Assembly (NCBI GenBank): GCA_004431415.1
Contig: QPMI01000247.1
Span: 49,444-113,443, forward strand
Direction: 5' to 3'
Length of the DNA: 64,000 nucleotides
Source: Cyanophora paradoxa CCMP329
Lineage: Eukaryota > Plantae > Glaucophyta
In this document: positions 61,351 through 64,000 of the stretch, piece after piece
Position numbering within the stretch: position 1 is the first letter of the stretch
Layout: every line of letters starts with the position of its first letter
Position numbers and translations under genes: made by a program
The notes under the pieces: generated by a model
Told to the model about the DNA's origin: nothing
The model's database searches: none
Seen by the model: only the letters and a program-made list of their open reading frames with translations

Positions 61351-64000
61351 ATGGCGGAGACCCGCTCACCGTCGACGCTGAGCTTGGGGATGGTCAAAGC
61401 GCGTTCGTCGAGATCCATGGTCTCGGTGCGCCCCGGCCCGCGCTCCCCGGTCCCCGGCCGTGCGCCGGCCGCGGCCTGCAGCTGCTGTCGCATGCGCCTC
61501 GCGCTGACGTCGGGCCAGCCCTCGCCGCCCGGGGAGCCGGAGCCGGAGCCGGCGGCGCCGGCGCCCTCGACGTCCCTGCGCAAGGCGGGCGAGTGCCTCG
61601 TCCTGGAGGTCGCGGAGGGCGAGAGCCCCGGGTCGTGCAGCACCACGGACGCCCTCCCCGCTCCGACCGCGACGACGGCTCCGCTGGCGGCGCCGGAGGC
61701 GACGCCGGCGAAGGCGCGCGCAAGGGCGGCGGCGGCCGCCGCCGCCGCCGGAGACGGTGGCTCGCGGTCGGACTCCGCGCGGCCGTCATGCCGCTCCTCG
61801 TCTCGGTGCGCGGCGCGACGCACGCTGGAGCTTGACGCCCGAGGCTCGCGCCGAATTAACAATCGACCGCGGCGCAGATCATGGTAGCTTCTACCATTGC
61901 CATAGGCCTAGTCTCCTATTCGAATGCAGACAAGACCGCTGAGAGTCTTATCGCCCAGCTTTTGGTACGTCCAACCCGCGACCGTCCAACCCTGCCCCGA
62001 TCCCGCGATCGCGCGGCGGTCGCCGGGTTGTTTTGATCCCGCCGCGCGCAGGTGCACGTCTCGAGCCGCGTGCGGGCGGAGGTTTCGGCCCTCTTCGCGA
62101 CGGCCGTCCACGCCGCCGAACACGCGCGCCCTCTCCTAAGAAACCTCTCTCTGCGCAAAGTTTGCGGGGTCGCTGAATCGAAGCCGCCCAGGTCGCGTGG
62201 TCCGGTGTGGTGGGGCGCGAAGGCGCCCCTGCAACCCCCTCGGCGAAGGATTTTCCCGTGCGCGCCGCGCGCGCACCCGCCTCGCCGTTCAGCAGCTGCA
62301 CTGCTCCGCCAACGCGAGCGATGGCGGCTCTGCAGGAAATCGTGCGCGACCTGCGCATCCTCATGCACACCACGTCCGTCCCCCGCGATCGCCCGGCCGG
62401 CCGCCCGGCCCGCCGCCCGGCCGCTCACGCGTGCGCGTGCGCAGGCCCGTCGTCGCTGCGCTCTCGTTCATCCTGCACGACGGGAGCGCGCTCTTCATCA
62501 AGAACGAGACCGGCCTGATCGCCGCGGGGGGCGGCCCCAGGGAGTACGACCCTTTCGTCGTGAACGGTCGGCCATCGCCGGCGCCTCCGATGTGCAGCCG
62601 AACACGCGCGGCAGCCTGCTTGACGCCCGCCGCGCAGAAGCCGTTCTCCCGCCCGCCAACACTACAGCAAACACTACCCTGATCTTCTACTGTGCGCACC
62701 GGATTTACTTTACGCGGCCGGATTTTGGATTGGATTGGAAGATCGGAATTGATCACGAGCGTCCTTTGATTTGCATTGCAGACTTTAAGGACGACGGGAG
62801 CGGGCGGGCGTACGTGCCTGCGCCGTCCTTCTTGCGCATAAACAAGAACTACGACCCTCGAATCTTCCCTTACTACACAGCCGCCGCCGTGCGCGCGCGC
62901 GCGCCGCGGTCCCCTCTCGAAGGCTGCGCGCAAACGAGCGAACGCATCCGAGCAGACGAGGCGGGAGTCTAACTGGAACTCGAACCTGGCGCCCTCGCTC
63001 GGCGCCTCGGCGCTCTCGGTCTCCGTCCCCTTCTTCGACTCGGCCTGGCCCCTCGACCCCGCCCCCTCCTCCAAGTTCCTCGGGTGCGGCGGCCCCCGAC
63101 CTCTTCGGCGCGGCGCCCGCCGAGCGGCGGCGGCGGCGGCGCGCAGGGTGGCGGCGGCGACGCTGGACGTGCAGCGGCTCTCGGCCTTCCTGGCGGACCT
63201 GGTGGTGACGGCGCAGGGCCTCGCCGTCGTCCTCGCCACCGTCGACACGGGCGAGCGCTTCCTCGTCGCCTACCGCTCCCCGCAGGGCACCCCCGGGGCC
63301 CGTCCGCTCGCCGACCCCACGTACGGCCTCATCCCCGCCCGCAACGCGACGGACCCGCTCCTGCGCGCCTTCATCGAGGTCCTCCCCGTCGCCGCCGGGG
63401 CCTCATCGGAGCCCGGAGACGGGACGGTGCGCCCCGGCCGGCGCCTCTCCCCTCGAGCTTCCCCCCGTCTGAAGGCGGGCGGCAGATCTCGGGCCGCTTC
63501 TCACACGGGGGGACGACGTACGCGTGGCGGCACAGCTGCGTGCAGGTCGCGACCCGCTCCTCGCGCTCCCTCTACCGCTCGCCGCCCTCGCGCCGCGGCG
63601 AGATCCTCGTGCGCCCCCCGAGCCCGGCCCCCCCCTCCCCCTCTCCCCCTCGCCGGGCCGACCCTGGGGCAGCTGGTGATCGGGGTGGCGAGCCCGTACG
63701 CCGACTTCCGCTCGCTCGTCAGCCTGAACCTCGTCGTGCGCCGGCTTCGTCCCCGTCTGCGGGGAGGGCCCCCGCCCCCGCCCTCGCCCTCGCCCGAGCC
63801 GCGGGGCCCGGGCGCGCGCGCGCAGGTGACGTGCACGATCGGGAGCATCTGCTGCGTCCTCGTGGCGGGCATCTTCGTCGCCGTCTCCATCGAGGCGCGG
63901 GGCCCCGTCGCCCCCTCTAGACCTGCCCAGCGCCGCCCTCACAGCCGCCGCCTCAGATCACGCGGCAGCTGCGCGTCTTCTTCGCGGAGGTCGAGGCCGT
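61351..64000 (+). CDS. Membrane sensor with TM-dCache-TM-HAMP architecture, truncated by the window end (5' end uncertain)
   Basis: TM1 LRAAVMPLLVS|IMVASTIAIGLVSY; dCache motifs YDPRIFPYYTAA, LSVSVPF...FLG|VAAATLDVQRLSAFL; TM2 TCTIGSICCVLVAGIFVAVSI then ITRQLR (HAMP start). Confidence 0.75.

Overview
Gene-dense, very GC-rich eukaryotic nuclear DNA with many short introns (GT-AG and frequent GC-AG, CTGAC-like branch points, CGCAG acceptors). The style suggests a protist or alga, possibly a glaucophyte such as Cyanophora; this is inference only. Most ORF-track entries are GC artefacts, so gene models were spliced by hand. Genes found: mitochondrial ATP synthase gamma, KCTD-type BTB protein, ATAD2/Yta7, three F-box proteins, two paralogous genes built from degenerate AP2-like repeats plus an inverted pseudogenic copy of a 3' end, an RWP-RK factor, a RING/TRAF-zinc-finger membrane protein, a GPI-type subtilase, a bHLH-ZIP-LOV-LOV protein, 4E-BP (missed by the ORF track), a nurim/MddA-like methyltransferase, an LCIB/theta-carbonic anhydrase, a type-I membrane protein with Ig-like repeats, PPIL4, a CRT-like transporter and a truncated dCache-HAMP receptor. 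Two observations stand out. First, a candidate blue-light-sensing transcription factor joins a bHLH-ZIP domain to two intact LOV domains. Second, a pervasive insertion signature, X-revcomp(X)-X with X = 3 bp, is visible by paralog comparison and fills the intergenic DNA with period-6 palindromes; it resembles hairpin-type DNA transposon excision footprints.
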